Shown piece by piece: positions 50,542-62,133 of a stretch of 64,000 nt of DNA (position 1 is the first letter of the stretch; every line of letters starts with the position of its first letter). This DNA comes from an uncultured Actinomycetota bacterium (GTDB lineage: Bacteria > Actinomycetota > Actinomycetes > Propionibacteriales > Nocardioidaceae): positions 1,164,013 through 1,228,012 of the forward strand of contig CAWBNL010000004.1 of the NCBI GenBank assembly GCA_963790155.1. The letters are read 5' to 3'. The position numbers and the translations under genes were made by a program. The notes under the pieces are model-generated. The model ran no database searches. It was not told the origin of the DNA and saw only the letters and a program-made list of their open reading frames with translations.

Positions 50542-50576
50542 GTTGGGCCGAGCACGACCAGGACGGAAGAAGGACC

Positions 50577-52331
50577 ATGACCGAGCAGGGCGGGCAGGGC
50601 AGCGGGACAGTCTCAGGGGCGCAGAGCCTCGTCACCTCGCTGGAGGCAGCCGGTGTCACCGACATCTTCGGGATCCCCGGTGGCGCGATCCTCCCGGCGT
50701 ACGACCCGCTGATGGACTCCACGCGGATCCGGCACATCCTGGTCCGCCACGAGCAGGGCGCCGGTCACGCCGCCCAGGGGTACGCCGCGGCGACCGGCCG
50801 GGTGGGAGTCTGCATGGCCACCTCCGGCCCCGGCGCCACCAACCTCGTCACGCCGCTCGCGGACGCGCACATGGACTCGGTGCCCCTCGTCGCCATCACG
50901 GGCCAGGTGGGTGCGTCGATGATCGGCACCGACGCCTTCCAGGAGGCAGACATCCGCGGCATCACGATGCCGATCACCAAGCACAACTTCCTGGTCACCG
51001 ACCCCGCCGACATCCCGGGGCGGATCGCCGAGGCCTTCCACATCGCGTCCACCGGGCGACCGGGCCCGGTGCTCGTCGACATCGCCAAGTCGGCCCTCCA
51101 GGCCCAGACCACCTTCGCCTGGCCCGCCGAGCTCCACCTGCCCGGCTACCGACCGGTGACCACGCCGCACGCCAGGCAGATCAGGGAGGCGGTGCGGCTG
51201 ATCAAGGACGCGCGCCGCCCGGTGCTCTACGTCGGTGGCGGCGTCATCCGCGCCCGAGCATCGCGTGAGCTGGCGCAGCTGGCCGCGCTCACCGGCATCC
51301 CGGTCGTCACGACCCTGATGGCCCGTGGCGCGTTCCCCGACAGCCACCCGCAGAACCTCGGCATGCCCGGCATGCACGGCACGGTCGCCGCGGTGGCCGG
51401 CCTGCAGAAGAGCGACCTCATCATCAGCCTCGGGGCGCGCTTCGACGACCGCGTCACCGGCAACCTCGACTCGTTCGCCCCTCACGCGCTGGTCATCCAC
51501 GCCGACATCGACCCGGCCGAGATCGGCAAGAACCGCCATGCGGACGTGCCGATCGTCGGGGACTGCAAGGAGGTCATCGCGCAGCTCGTCGCGGTGCTGG
51601 GTGCCGAGGGTCCCGACGCCGACTACGAGGCGTGGGTCGCCTTCCTCTCCGGGGTCAAGCAGCAGTACCCGCTGGGCTACGACACCCCGGCCACCGGCCT
51701 GGCCCCCCAGTACGTCATCGAGCGCCTCGGCGCGATCTCGGGTCCGAAGACGATCTTCACCTCCGGCGTGGGCCAGCACCAGATGTGGGCCGCGCAGTTC
51801 ATCGACTACGAGCTGCCCAACACCTGGCTCAACTCCGGTGGTCTCGGCACCATGGGCTACGCCGTCCCGGCGGCGATGGGCGCCAAGGTCGGGATGCCCG
51901 ACAGCGTCGTGTGGGCGGTGGACGGCGACGGCTGCTTCCAGATGACCAACCAGGAGCTGGCCACCTGCGCGATCAACGACATCCCGATCAAGGTCGCGAT
52001 CATCAACAACGAGTCGCTCGGCATGGTGCGGCAGTGGCAGACACTGTTCTACAACGAGCGCTACTCCAACACCGACCTGCACTCCAAGCGCATCCCCGAC
52101 TTCGTCAAGCTGGCCGATGCCTACGGCTGCATCGGTCTGGCGTGCGAGACGCCCGAGGAGGTCGACGCCACGATCGAGAAGGCCATGTCGATCAACGACC
52201 GACCCGTCGTGGTGGACTTCCGCGTGCACCGCGACGCGATGGTGTGGCCGATGGTGGCCGCCGGCAGCAGCAACGACGAGATCAAGTACGCCCGGGACCT
52301 GGCGCCCGACTTCGACGAGAACGACCTGTGA
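50577..52331 (+). CDS. ilvB: Acetolactate synthase large subunit
   Basis: [36 protein letters not shown]. Confidence 0.97.
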   Translation: MTEQGGQGSGTVSGAQSLVTSLEAAGVTDIFGIPGGAILPAYDPLMDSTRIRHILVRHEQGAGHAAQGYAAATGRVGVCMATSGPGATNLVTPLADAHMDSVPLVAITGQVGASMIGTDAFQEADIRGITMPITKHNFLVTDPADIPGRIAEAFHIASTGRPGPVLVDIAKSALQAQTTFAWPAELHLPGYRPVTTPHARQIREAVRLIKDARRPVLYVGGGVIRARASRELAQLAALTGIPVVTTLMARGAFPDSHPQNLGMPGMHGTVAAVAGLQKSDLIISLGARFDDRVTGNLDSFAPHALVIHADIDPAEIGKNRHADVPIVGDCKEVIAQLVAVLGAEGPDADYEAWVAFLSGVKQQYPLGYDTPATGLAPQYVIERLGAISGPKTIFTSGVGQHQMWAAQFIDYELPNTWLNSGGLGTMGYAVPAAMGAKVGMPDSVVWAVDGDGCFQMTNQELATCAINDIPIKVAIINNESLGMVRQWQTLFYNERYSNTDLHSKRIPDFVKLADAYGCIGLACETPEEVDATIEKAMSINDRPVVVDFRVHRDAMVWPMVAAGSSNDEIKYARDLAPDFDENDL

Positions 52332-52338
52332 GGATCTG

Positions 52339-52878
52339 ATGACCACCCACACCCTCAGTGTCCTGGTGGAGAACAAGCCCGGCGTCCTGGCCCGGATCGC
52401 CGGGCTGTTCGCCCGACGCGGGTTCAACATCGACAGCCTCGCCGTGGGGCCGACCGAGCACCCCGACATCTCCCGGATGACCATCGTCGTCAACGTCGAG
52501 GGTCCCCCTCTGGAGCAGGTCACCAAGCAGCTCAACAAGCTGGTCGAGGTGATCAAGATCGTCGAGCTCGACGGCTCGGCCTCGGTCAACCGTGAGCTGC
52601 TGCTCGTCAAGGTCCGCGCCGATGCCGCCACCCGGGGCGCGGTGCTGGACGCCGTACAGCTGTTCCGGGCCAAGGTCGTCGACGTGGCCCCGGATGCCGT
52701 CACCGTCCAGGCCGTCGGCAACGCCGACAAGCTCACCGACCTCCTCCGGGTGCTCGAGCCCTTCGGCATCCGCGAGCTCGTGCAGTCCGGGATGGTCGCG
52801 ATCGGTCGCGGGTCCCGCTCGATCAGTGAGCGCCCGCAGCGACCGGTCGCCGTGCCTGCGCCGCCCATGGCCATGTGA
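52339..52878 (+). CDS. ilvN: Acetolactate synthase small subunit
   Basis: HTLSVLVENKPGVLARIAGLF.RRGFNI.SL. Confidence 0.96.
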   Translation: MTTHTLSVLVENKPGVLARIAGLFARRGFNIDSLAVGPTEHPDISRMTIVVNVEGPPLEQVTKQLNKLVEVIKIVELDGSASVNRELLLVKVRADAATRGAVLDAVQLFRAKVVDVAPDAVTVQAVGNADKLTDLLRVLEPFGIRELVQSGMVAIGRGSRSISERPQRPVAVPAPPMAM

Positions 52879-53961
<1,083 letters not shown>

Positions 53962-54024
53962 GGTGAGGCGTTCGTGACGAGCCGCATCCGCGAGGCACGC
54001 CGAGGTCTGCCTCGTCGTGCCAGG

Positions 54025-54555
54025 GCGGTGCACGCCGTGCGCAACCTGGCCCGCCTGGGTTTCGGCGTCGTCTCGGTGCGGTGGTCGCAGCTCGGCTTCG
54101 GTCGTACGTCGACCACCTCCACCAGCCAGTCCACACCGCGCAACCTCTTCGGCCTCAGGGACGGCACCGCCAACGTCAAGGCCGAGGAGGGCGCTGCCCT
54201 CGACGAGCACGTCCGGGTGGGTGCGGACGACGACTGCTCGGCAGGCTGGCTCGCAGGCGGCTCCTACCTGGTCGCGCGGCGGGTCAACATGACCATCGAG
54301 GTCTGGGACCGGCAGCCGCTGGGCGACCAGGAGGCCTTCATCGGGCGCACCAAGGCACCGGCGCGCCGCTGTCCGGCGGCGAGGAGACGACCCCGCCCGA
54401 CTTCGAGATGCCCGGCAGCAACGACCAGCCGGTGATCGCGACCGACGCCGGCCTCTTCTTCATCGCCTACGTCCGCGATCCTGACAGGCACTTCGTTCGC
54501 GGCGCCGCCGGGCGCCGGACCGGCGGAGCACGTCGCCCAGGCGCTCTTCGCCTGA
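54025..54555 (+). pseudogene. Decayed EfeB/DyP-type peroxidase remnant
   Basis: VHAVRNLAR, RWSQLGFGR, TPRNLFG..DGTAN, GGSYLVARR, GLFFIAY, FAAPPG...VAQALFA; N-terminus missing, frameshift near 54354, internal deletions. Confidence 0.8.
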
Positions 54556-54627
54556 TCCCCGTGGTGGTGAGGCAGGTTGCAGAGCGCCTGCCTCGACCAA
54601 CAGGCGGTCGTGCGCGACGATTCATCC

Positions 54628-56100
54628 ATGACCAACACAGCGACCACCGGCTCGGGCCTCGAGCAGACCCGCAGGCTCGGCGTCGAGACGACGGGCATCG
54701 AGATCATCGAGGAGTCCGAGCGCAGCGCGAAGCCCTCGGACCTGTTCTGGCCGTGGTTCGCCGCCAACGTGTCGGTCTTCGGCCTGAGCTATGCCTCCTT
54801 CGTCCTCTACTTCGGCATCTCGTTCTGGCAGAGCGTGCTGGTCTCCGTGATCGGGATCGTCGTTTCCTTCGCCCTGTGCGGGATCATCGCCATCGCGGGC
54901 AAGCGGGGCTCGGCGCCGACGATGATCCTCAGCCGGGCGGCCTTCGGGGTCAAGGGCCAGAAGGTCCCAGGAGTGATCTCCTGGCTGGTCTCGATCGGGT
55001 GGGAGACCTTCCTCGCCATCCTCGCGGTGCTCGCGACCGCGACGATCTTCACCCGCCTCGGCTGGGGCGGGGGCACCGGCACCAAGATCGTCGCCGCGGG
55101 CGTCGTGGCCGCCCTCATCGTGTCGGCGAGCGTCGCCGGCTACCACATCATCATGCGCCTGCAGTCGGTGCTGACCTGGATCACGGGGGTCGTCACCGTC
55201 GGCTACATGGCCCTGACCATCGACGACATCGACGCCTCGGCCGTGATGGCCATCCCCTCCGGCTCGACCCAGGCGGTGATCGGTGCGCTGGTGATGGTGA
55301 TGACGGGCTTCGGTCTCGGCTGGATCAACATCGCCGCCGACTGGTCGCGCTACCAGAAGCGCACCGCCTCCGGATCCTCGATCGTCGCCTGGAACACCTT
55401 CGGTGGTGCGCTCGCGCCGGTGGTGCTGGTGCTCTTCGGCCTGGCCCTGGCGGGCTCGTCGTCGGAGATCCTCGACGGCGTCGCGGGTGACCCGATCGGC
55501 ACCCTCGCCACGCTGCTGCCGACCTGGTTCCTCGTGCCCTTCCTGCTGGCGGCGATCCTCGCGCTGGTCAGCGGCGCGGTGCTCGGCATCTACTCCTCCG
55601 GCCTGACCCTGCTCTCGCTCGGCGTGAGGCTCACCCGCCCGCAGGCCGCGGCCGTCGACGGCGTGCTGCTCACGATCGGCACGATCTACGTCGTCTTCGT
55701 CGCCGACACCTTCATCAACCCGTTCCAGAGCTTCCTGATCACCCTCGGCGTTCCGCTCGCGGCGTGGGCCGGGATCATGATCGCCGACCTCGCGCTGCGC
55801 CGGCGCGACTACGACGACGACGCGCTCTTCGACGCATCAGGTCGCTACGGCGCCTTCGACCTCTCCGCGATCGGCACGATGGTGGTCGCCTCGCTCGTCG
55901 GGTGGGGCCTGGTGGTCAACGCCTTCGCCGACGACGCGTCGTGGAACAACTGGCAGGGCTACCTCCTCGGTCCCCTGGGGCTCGGCGGGAAGGACGGCGC
56001 CTGGGCCTTCGCCAACGTCGGTGTGCTCGCCGCGCTGGCGATCGGGCTCGTCGGCGGCTACGTGCTGCGCCGTCGCACGGTCGCCCTCCAGGAGTCCTGA
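54628..56100 (+). CDS. NCS1 purine-cytosine permease family transporter
   Basis: LFWPWFAAN, SRAAFG..G, ADWSRY, YSSGL; about 12 TM. Confidence 0.9.
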   Translation: MTNTATTGSGLEQTRRLGVETTGIEIIEESERSAKPSDLFWPWFAANVSVFGLSYASFVLYFGISFWQSVLVSVIGIVVSFALCGIIAIAGKRGSAPTMILSRAAFGVKGQKVPGVISWLVSIGWETFLAILAVLATATIFTRLGWGGGTGTKIVAAGVVAALIVSASVAGYHIIMRLQSVLTWITGVVTVGYMALTIDDIDASAVMAIPSGSTQAVIGALVMVMTGFGLGWINIAADWSRYQKRTASGSSIVAWNTFGGALAPVVLVLFGLALAGSSSEILDGVAGDPIGTLATLLPTWFLVPFLLAAILALVSGAVLGIYSSGLTLLSLGVRLTRPQAAAVDGVLLTIGTIYVVFVADTFINPFQSFLITLGVPLAAWAGIMIADLALRRRDYDDDALFDASGRYGAFDLSAIGTMVVASLVGWGLVVNAFADDASWNNWQGYLLGPLGLGGKDGAWAFANVGVLAALAIGLVGGYVLRRRTVALQES

Positions 56101-56128
56101 CGACGGTGGACCAGGCTGGGCATCACAC

Positions 56129-56705
56129 CTAGCTCCGGGCCTTCACTCCCTGCGCCGACTTCTCGGCGGTCGTCTCGACCCGCACCATCCGGGTCTCGGG
56201 TCTCTTCGCCAGCACGATCCAGGTCAGGATCATCTTCTGCGCGGACGCCGACCACGACTCCCAGTGCTCCCGCGACCCCGGGTGTCGGTCGAAGGCTGCG
56301 GCGAGGTCGTCGGGGACCACGCAGTCCTCGACGTCGTCCATCAGGGTCCACATGCCCGTGTCCTTGGCCACCGCGACCGCGGCCCGATCCGGCGGGCTCC
56401 ATCAGCCCGGCCTCCTCGAGACGTGCGATGCGGCCCTTGTTGATCCGGGTCCACATGCTGCCCCGGCGCCGAGGCGCGAACCACATCATCGTGCGGTGCT
56501 CGTCGACGGGCTTCACCGTCGAGTCGACCCACCCGTGGCGCAGCGCCTCGAGCACCGACTCCTCGTAGGAGAAGGCCCTGTCGACACCCCTGCGCGCGGT
56601 CACCAGCCACACACCCTGCGGCTGCGTGTGGTGCTGTGCCAGCCAGGTGCGCCACTGCTCGACCGTGGTCGGCTCGAGCCGTTCGGCGTCGTCCATCGCA
56701 CCCAT
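56129..56705 (-). pseudogene. YdeI/OmpD-associated family protein, one +1 frameshift near 56387
   Basis: WRTWL..HH, EAL..GWVDS, PRR..S.W..NK, then VPDDL...AKRPETR in the next frame. Confidence 0.75.
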
Positions 56706-56854
56706 CCGGGCATCGTAGGGGCCCGCCACGACAGCGTCGGGACCTGAGGAGTGGAATCGGTTCGGAGGCCCCCGGACCCGCGGGTAGGGTGGCGCACGCA
56801 CAGCGTCGTGCACTCCCGGACCGCCCTTGACTGATCTTCCACGAGGACCCCGCT

Positions 56855-58459
56855 GTGAACGCACCCTCCATGCACGCTCGGCCCGTCGTCCTCATCGCCG
56901 AGGAGCTGAGTCCCGCCACCATCGAGGCGCTCGGCCCGGACTTCGAGATCCGCCACTGCAACGGTGCCGACCGCGCTGAGCTGCTCCCCGCGATCGCCGA
57001 CGTCGACGCGATCCTGGTCCGGTCCGCCACCAAGGTCGACGCCGAGGCGCTGGGCGCCGCGGCCAGGCTGAAGGTCGTCGCCCGCGCCGGGGTCGGCCTC
57101 GACAACGTCGACGTCAGGGCTGCCACGCAAGCCGGCGTGATGGTGGTCAACGCCCCGACGTCCAACATCGTCAGTGCCGCCGAGCTCGCCGTCGCGCTGA
57201 TGCTCGCTGCTGCTCGCCACATCAGCCCGGCCCACGCCGCCCTGCGGAGCGGGGAGTGGAAGCGCTCGAAGTACACCGGCATCGAGCTCTACGAGAAGAC
57301 CGTCGGCATCGTCGGCCTCGGCCGCATCGGGGTCCTCGTCGCCCAGCGGCTCAGCGCCTTCGGCATGAAGGTCATCGCCTTCGACCCCTACGTCCAGGCC
57401 GGTCGCGCCGCCCAGATGGGCGTGCGCCTCGTCGACCTGGACACGCTCCTCGCGGAGTCCGACTTCATGAGCGTGCACCTGCCCAAGACCGCCGAGACCG
57501 TCGGCCTCATCGGCGCCGAGCAGCTCGCGTCGGCCAGGTCGAGCCTGGTCCTCGTCAACGCCGCCCGCGGCGGCATCGTCGACGAGGCCGCGCTCTACGA
57601 CGCCCTCAAGAACGGACAGATCGCTGCCGCCGGGCTCGACGTCTTCGCCAGCGAGCCGTGCACCGACAGCCCGCTCTTCGAGCTCGAGAACGTCGTCGCC
57701 ACGCCGCACCTCGGGGCGTCGACCGACGAGGCCCAGGAGAAGGCCGGCGTGTCGGTCGCCAGGTCGGTCCGCCTGGCCCTCAGCGGCGAGCTGGTCCCCG
57801 ACGCGGTCAACGTGCAGGGCGGCGTCATCGCCGAGGACGTACGTCCCGGCATCCCGCTCACCGAGAAGCTCGGCCGCGTCTTCACCGCGCTCGCCGGCGA
57901 GGTCGCGAGTGCGCTCGACGTGGAGGTGCGTGGCGAGATCACCGAGTACGACGTGAAGGTGCTCGAGCTGGCCGCGCTCAAGGGCGTGTTCGCCGACATC
58001 GTGGAGGAGCAGGTCTCCTACGTCAACGCCCCGCTGCTCGCGGCCGAGCGCGGCACCGAGGTGCGACTGGTGACCGAGTCGGAGAGTCCCGATCACCGCA
58101 ACCTGATCACGCTGCGCGGCACCCTCGCCGACGGCACCCAGGTCTCGGTGTCCGGCACCCTGGTGGGCCTTGCCCAGAGGGAGCGGATCGTCGAGGTCAA
58201 CGGGTTCGACGTCGACATCGAGCCCACCACCCACCTGGCCTTCCTCACCTACGCGGACCGCCCCGGCATGGTCGGCACGGTCGGCGGCATCCTCGGGGCC
58301 GCGGCGGTCAACATCGCGGGCATGCAGGTCTGTCGCCAGGACAAGGGCGGCGCGGCGCTCGTCGCACTCAGTGTGGACTCCGCGATCCCTGCGGACACCC
58401 TCGCCGAGATCGGGACGGCCATGCAGGCCGTCTCGGTGCGCGCGGTCGACCTGAGCTGA
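56855..58459 (+). CDS. serA: D-3-phosphoglycerate dehydrogenase
   Basis: RAGVGLDNVD, GLGRIG, NAARGG, TPHLGAST, C-terminal ACT (DRPG). Confidence 0.96.
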   Translation: MNAPSMHARPVVLIAEELSPATIEALGPDFEIRHCNGADRAELLPAIADVDAILVRSATKVDAEALGAAARLKVVARAGVGLDNVDVRAATQAGVMVVNAPTSNIVSAAELAVALMLAAARHISPAHAALRSGEWKRSKYTGIELYEKTVGIVGLGRIGVLVAQRLSAFGMKVIAFDPYVQAGRAAQMGVRLVDLDTLLAESDFMSVHLPKTAETVGLIGAEQLASARSSLVLVNAARGGIVDEAALYDALKNGQIAAAGLDVFASEPCTDSPLFELENVVATPHLGASTDEAQEKAGVSVARSVRLALSGELVPDAVNVQGGVIAEDVRPGIPLTEKLGRVFTALAGEVASALDVEVRGEITEYDVKVLELAALKGVFADIVEEQVSYVNAPLLAAERGTEVRLVTESESPDHRNLITLRGTLADGTQVSVSGTLVGLAQRERIVEVNGFDVDIEPTTHLAFLTYADRPGMVGTVGGILGAAAVNIAGMQVCRQDKGGAALVALSVDSAIPADTLAEIGTAMQAVSVRAVDLS

Positions 58460-58475
58460 CCGGGCGGGTGCGGTC

Positions 58476-59927
58476 TCAGGCCACCATCACCCGACCGGCG
58501 GAGCGCTGGGTCGCAGTCCCGGCGGCCCGGGTGGATGCACGCTCCCACGCCGCAGCGAGCCGGCGTACGGCCTCCTCGAGGATCTCGGGCGAGGCGGTCC
58601 ACGGGATCCGGACGTGTCGGTCCAGCCCGCCCTCGACCGCGAAGACCGGACCGGGTGCGACGACCACACCGCGCCGCTCCGCCTCTACGGTGGTCGCCGT
58701 GGCGAGGGGCTCGGGGAGCTCGCACCACAGCGCGAGCCCGCCGTCGGGCACCCGGAACCGCCACTCGGGCAGGTGCTCGCGCACGGCCGCCACGAGGGCG
58801 TCGCGCCCGGTGACGAGGCGGGCTCGATGGACCGGCAGCACCTCGTCGGCGCGGTCCATCAGGTCGGCCAGCACGAGCTGCTCGAACACCGGGGCGCCGA
58901 GGTCCATCCCGATCCGGGTGTGGATCAGCCGCTCCATCTGCGAGCGCGGAGCGCGGATCCAGCCCAGACGCAGGCCGCCCCAGTAGGACTTGCTGGCGCT
59001 GCCGATCGTGATGGCGTCGGTGGCGTAGGCCGCGAGCGGGCGCGGCATCGCGGCGGCGAGCCCGGGCGCCAGGGCGAGCGCCTGGTGGGCCTCGTCGACG
59101 ACCGCGACGGTGCGGGTGCGGGCCAGCGTGGTCGCCAGCTCTGCGCGCTGGTCGTCGGGCATCAGGTGGCCCGTCGGGTTCTGGAAGTCAGGGATCAGGT
59201 AGGCGAGCCTCGGTGAGGTCTGTCGCAGGGTGGCGCCGAGCGCTTCGAGGTCCCACCCGTCGGGATCGACGGCCGCCGGCACCAGCCGCGCACCTGCGTG
59301 CCGCAGCGCCTGGGTGCCGTTGGGATAGGTCGGCGACTCGACGACGACCCGGTCGCCCGGCGCGGTGAACGCCTGCGCGACCACGGACGCGGCGGCCAGC
59401 GCTCCGGCGGTGACCATGATCTGCTCGGGCGAGGTCGGCACACCACGGGCGTCGTACGACGCAGCGATCCGGGCCTGGAGCGCCGGGACCCCCATCGGGA
59501 AGTAGCCCGGGCCGCTCAGGTAGGCGGGCAGCTCCTCGGTGGCGCGCTGGTAGGCCTCCACGAGGCCGGGCGGGGCGGAGTGCGCGGCGCAGTTGAGGTC
59601 GATGACGTCGTCGCCGCCGAGCCCGGGCATGAGTGCTCGGTCGTGGGCGCGCCGCTGGCCGCCGGGCACCATGGTGAACGTCCCCGACCCGCGCCGTGCC
59701 TGCGCATAGCCGGACTCGCGCAGCACCTCGTAGGCCCGCGTCACGGTCGTGCGCGAGACGTCGAGCGCGCCGCTGAGCTCGCGCTCGCTCGGGAGCCGTA
59801 CGCCGAGTCCGACCCGCCCGTCACCGATCAGCACGCGCAGGCTCTCTGCGAGACCGAGGTAGGCCGGGGAACGTGGGAAGTCCGCCACGAGGGTGGCTAT
59901 GCGGCTGGCAGTGATGACGCGGCTCAT
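58476..59927 (-). CDS. MocR/GabR-type GntR regulator with PLP aminotransferase domain (YczR-like)
   Basis: LPSERELS..L.VSRTTVTRAY wHTH; IPDFQNPTG; SASKSYWGGLRLGW. Confidence 0.9.
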   Translation of the reverse strand: MSRVITASRIATLVADFPRSPAYLGLAESLRVLIGDGRVGLGVRLPSERELSGALDVSRTTVTRAYEVLRESGYAQARRGSGTFTMVPGGQRRAHDRALMPGLGGDDVIDLNCAAHSAPPGLVEAYQRATEELPAYLSGPGYFPMGVPALQARIAASYDARGVPTSPEQIMVTAGALAAASVVAQAFTAPGDRVVVESPTYPNGTQALRHAGARLVPAAVDPDGWDLEALGATLRQTSPRLAYLIPDFQNPTGHLMPDDQRAELATTLARTRTVAVVDEAHQALALAPGLAAAMPRPLAAYATDAITIGSASKSYWGGLRLGWIRAPRSQMERLIHTRIGMDLGAPVFEQLVLADLMDRADEVLPVHRARLVTGRDALVAAVREHLPEWRFRVPDGGLALWCELPEPLATATTVEAERRGVVVAPGPVFAVEGGLDRHVRIPWTASPEILEEAVRRLAAAWERASTRAAGTATQRSAGRVMVA

Positions 59928-59977
59928 GCAGTCCACTGTTCCACGATTGGATATTCGCGACAAGGCCAATTGAGGGC

Positions 59978-60691
59978 ATGATGGTCCACATGACCACTGC
60001 TGCACACGCGCCTCGGGTCGTCCTCGCCCCCCTCGGCCCGGTCGCCCAGCTTCGCGCCGGCCACCTGGCCCGGCGACTGCCCCAGCTCTACGTCGGCCTG
60101 GTGCTCTACGGCGTCTCCCTGGCGATGATGGTGCGCGGTGCGCTCGGCCTTGCCCCGTGGGACGTCCTGCACTCCGGCTTCATCCGCCACGTCCCGATGA
60201 CCCTGGGTCAGGCGGTCGTGCTCTTCAGCTTCGTCGTCCTCGTGCTGTGGATCCCGCTGCGGGAGATGCCGGGCCTCGGCACGGTCAGCAACGCGATCGT
60301 GGTCGGCCTCTCCGCCGACGCCACGCTGGGTCTCATCGAGCGCCCCGACGCGATCGGGTGGCGGATCGCCCTCATGCTCGGCGGGGTGGCACTGTGCGGC
60401 TTCGCCAGCGCGCTCTACATCGGCGCGCAGCTCGGCCGCGGTCCCCGCGACGGTCTGATGACCGGGCTCGCGCGCCACACCGGGCTGTCGCTGAGACTCG
60501 TGCGCACCGGGCTCGAGGTCGGCGTCGTGGTGATCGGCCTGCTGCTCGGTGGCGTGCTCGGCATCGGCACGGTGGTCTATGCCCTGGCCATCGGACCGCT
60601 GACGCAGCTGATGCTGCCGTGGTTGACCGTCACCCTCTCCGACCGCGAGCCCGGGACGAGGACTCAACCGGCTTCGTCGGAGATCAGGTAG
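59978..60691 (+). CDS. YczE/YitT-like membrane protein
   Basis: LGLAPWDVLH.G, PGLGT, GPRDGLM, GIGT; divergent from MocR regulator. Confidence 0.88.
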   Translation: MMVHMTTAAHAPRVVLAPLGPVAQLRAGHLARRLPQLYVGLVLYGVSLAMMVRGALGLAPWDVLHSGFIRHVPMTLGQAVVLFSFVVLVLWIPLREMPGLGTVSNAIVVGLSADATLGLIERPDAIGWRIALMLGGVALCGFASALYIGAQLGRGPRDGLMTGLARHTGLSLRLVRTGLEVGVVVIGLLLGGVLGIGTVVYALAIGPLTQLMLPWLTVTLSDREPGTRTQPASSEIR

Positions 60692-62133
60692 AAGATCACC
60701 CCGAGGCTGATCGTCATCGACACCACCAGGCCGATCTGGGAGAACATCAGCGGCAGTGCTGTGAGGGCCCACACGTCGAACCCGCGCGCGACGCTGGAGA
60801 AGACGCCGGTGGGCACCGCGCCCGCCATGGTGCTGAGGATCGGCGCGGCGTAGTCGGGCGGCTTGCCGGTCACCCAGCGGACCGTGGCCGCGAGCGAGGA
60901 GAGTCCACAGGCCACCGCCACGCTCAGGGCCTCGCCCGTCGGATGGGTGGGCAGCAGCGTCCAGGTGGTCGCCAGTGCCACGAGGGCGAGAGCGGTGCCC
61001 GGCACCACCATGTGCGCCAGCAGCAGCCTCGAGCGGCTCATCGGGAGCATCCGCGCCAGGCTCGCAGACCGCGCCGCGACCCGCAGCCCGGAGCACGCCG
61101 CCGGCCCGCCGAGCAACCCGACGAGCGTCGTGACCAGGACGACCGCGTGCCCCGCGCCCGCCTCAGCTGCGGCGTAGGGGACCAGCACGAGCCCTGCCAG
61201 TACGACGTAGGGCTGGGGTGCGCGGCCCGCGCGCAGCAGGTCGCGGTGCACGAGCGCCCACCAGCCGAGCGGCCCGCCGGTGCGGGTCCGCACGCGCGCG
61301 CCGCGTCCCCAGCGGCGCGCCAGCAGCACGTCGTACATCAGTCCGAGGTCGACCGACGACAGGGCACCGGAGAGGCTGGGGGACAGGTTCTCGGTGTGAG
61401 CGAGGACCCGGCGGCTGAGTCCGGCCACGGCCGCCCGGGCTCGCAGGACCAGCACGACGGCGACCGCGACCGGGAGCAGCGCGAGCGCCACTCCGACGCC
61501 GGCGGGCAGGCGGGGCAGGGCGCTGAGGCTCTGGGTCGCGGAGAGGGTCAGGACCGACCAGAGGACGGCGGTGAGCGCCCAGGTGAGCAGCCGGGCAGTG
61601 CGTCGTTCATGGATCTGGGACAGTGCGGCGATCCCGACGCACGTGAGCGCGGCGGCTGCGCCTGCCGCGACGAAACCAGCTGCGGGAGCGAGACCGGAGC
61701 CGGCCAGGGCGGCGGGGACGAGCAGGGCCAGGCCCGCTCCGGCCAGGGTCAGCGCAACGGTGCGAGCCCATCCCGGGCGCAGCAGCGCGCCGCGGTCCAC
61801 GGGCGTGCTGAGCAGCCAGCCGTTTGCGGCCGGTGGGCTGAACACAGGTCCGAGCAGCCGGGCGAGCCCGAGCGCCAGCAGGGCGATGGCCAGGACGGCC
61901 AGCCACGGAGCCACGGACCGCACCTCGGCACATCCGCCGACACACGAGTCGTCGGCGAGGCGTCGGAGCGAGAGCACGACGTTGCCACCCATGGCCGCGA
62001 CCATCACGACGCAGAACAGGGCGATGTAGGCGTCGGAGAGGACCTCGCCCCAGTGCAGCTCGGCCCGTCCGCGGCGCCATTCGCGGATCTCTCCGCGCAG
62101 CTCGCGGGCAGTGGGGACCTCAGTCGCGGACAT
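60664..62133 (-). CDS. Multi-TM putative ABC permease (DUF6297-like)
   Basis: LLGPV......WLLSTPVDR..LL; many TM segments; overlaps ATPase gene. Confidence 0.7.
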   Translation of the reverse strand: MSATEVPTARELRGEIREWRRGRAELHWGEVLSDAYIALFCVVMVAAMGGNVVLSLRRLADDSCVGGCAEVRSVAPWLAVLAIALLALGLARLLGPVFSPPAANGWLLSTPVDRGALLRPGWARTVALTLAGAGLALLVPAALAGSGLAPAAGFVAAGAAAALTCVGIAALSQIHERRTARLLTWALTAVLWSVLTLSATQSLSALPRLPAGVGVALALLPVAVAVVLVLRARAAVAGLSRRVLAHTENLSPSLSGALSSVDLGLMYDVLLARRWGRGARVRTRTGGPLGWWALVHRDLLRAGRAPQPYVVLAGLVLVPYAAAEAGAGHAVVLVTTLVGLLGGPAACSGLRVAARSASLARMLPMSRSRLLLAHMVVPGTALALVALATTWTLLPTHPTGEALSVAVACGLSSLAATVRWVTGKPPDYAAPILSTMAGAVPTGVFSSVARGFDVWALTALPLMFSQIGLVVSMTISLGVIFYLISDEAG

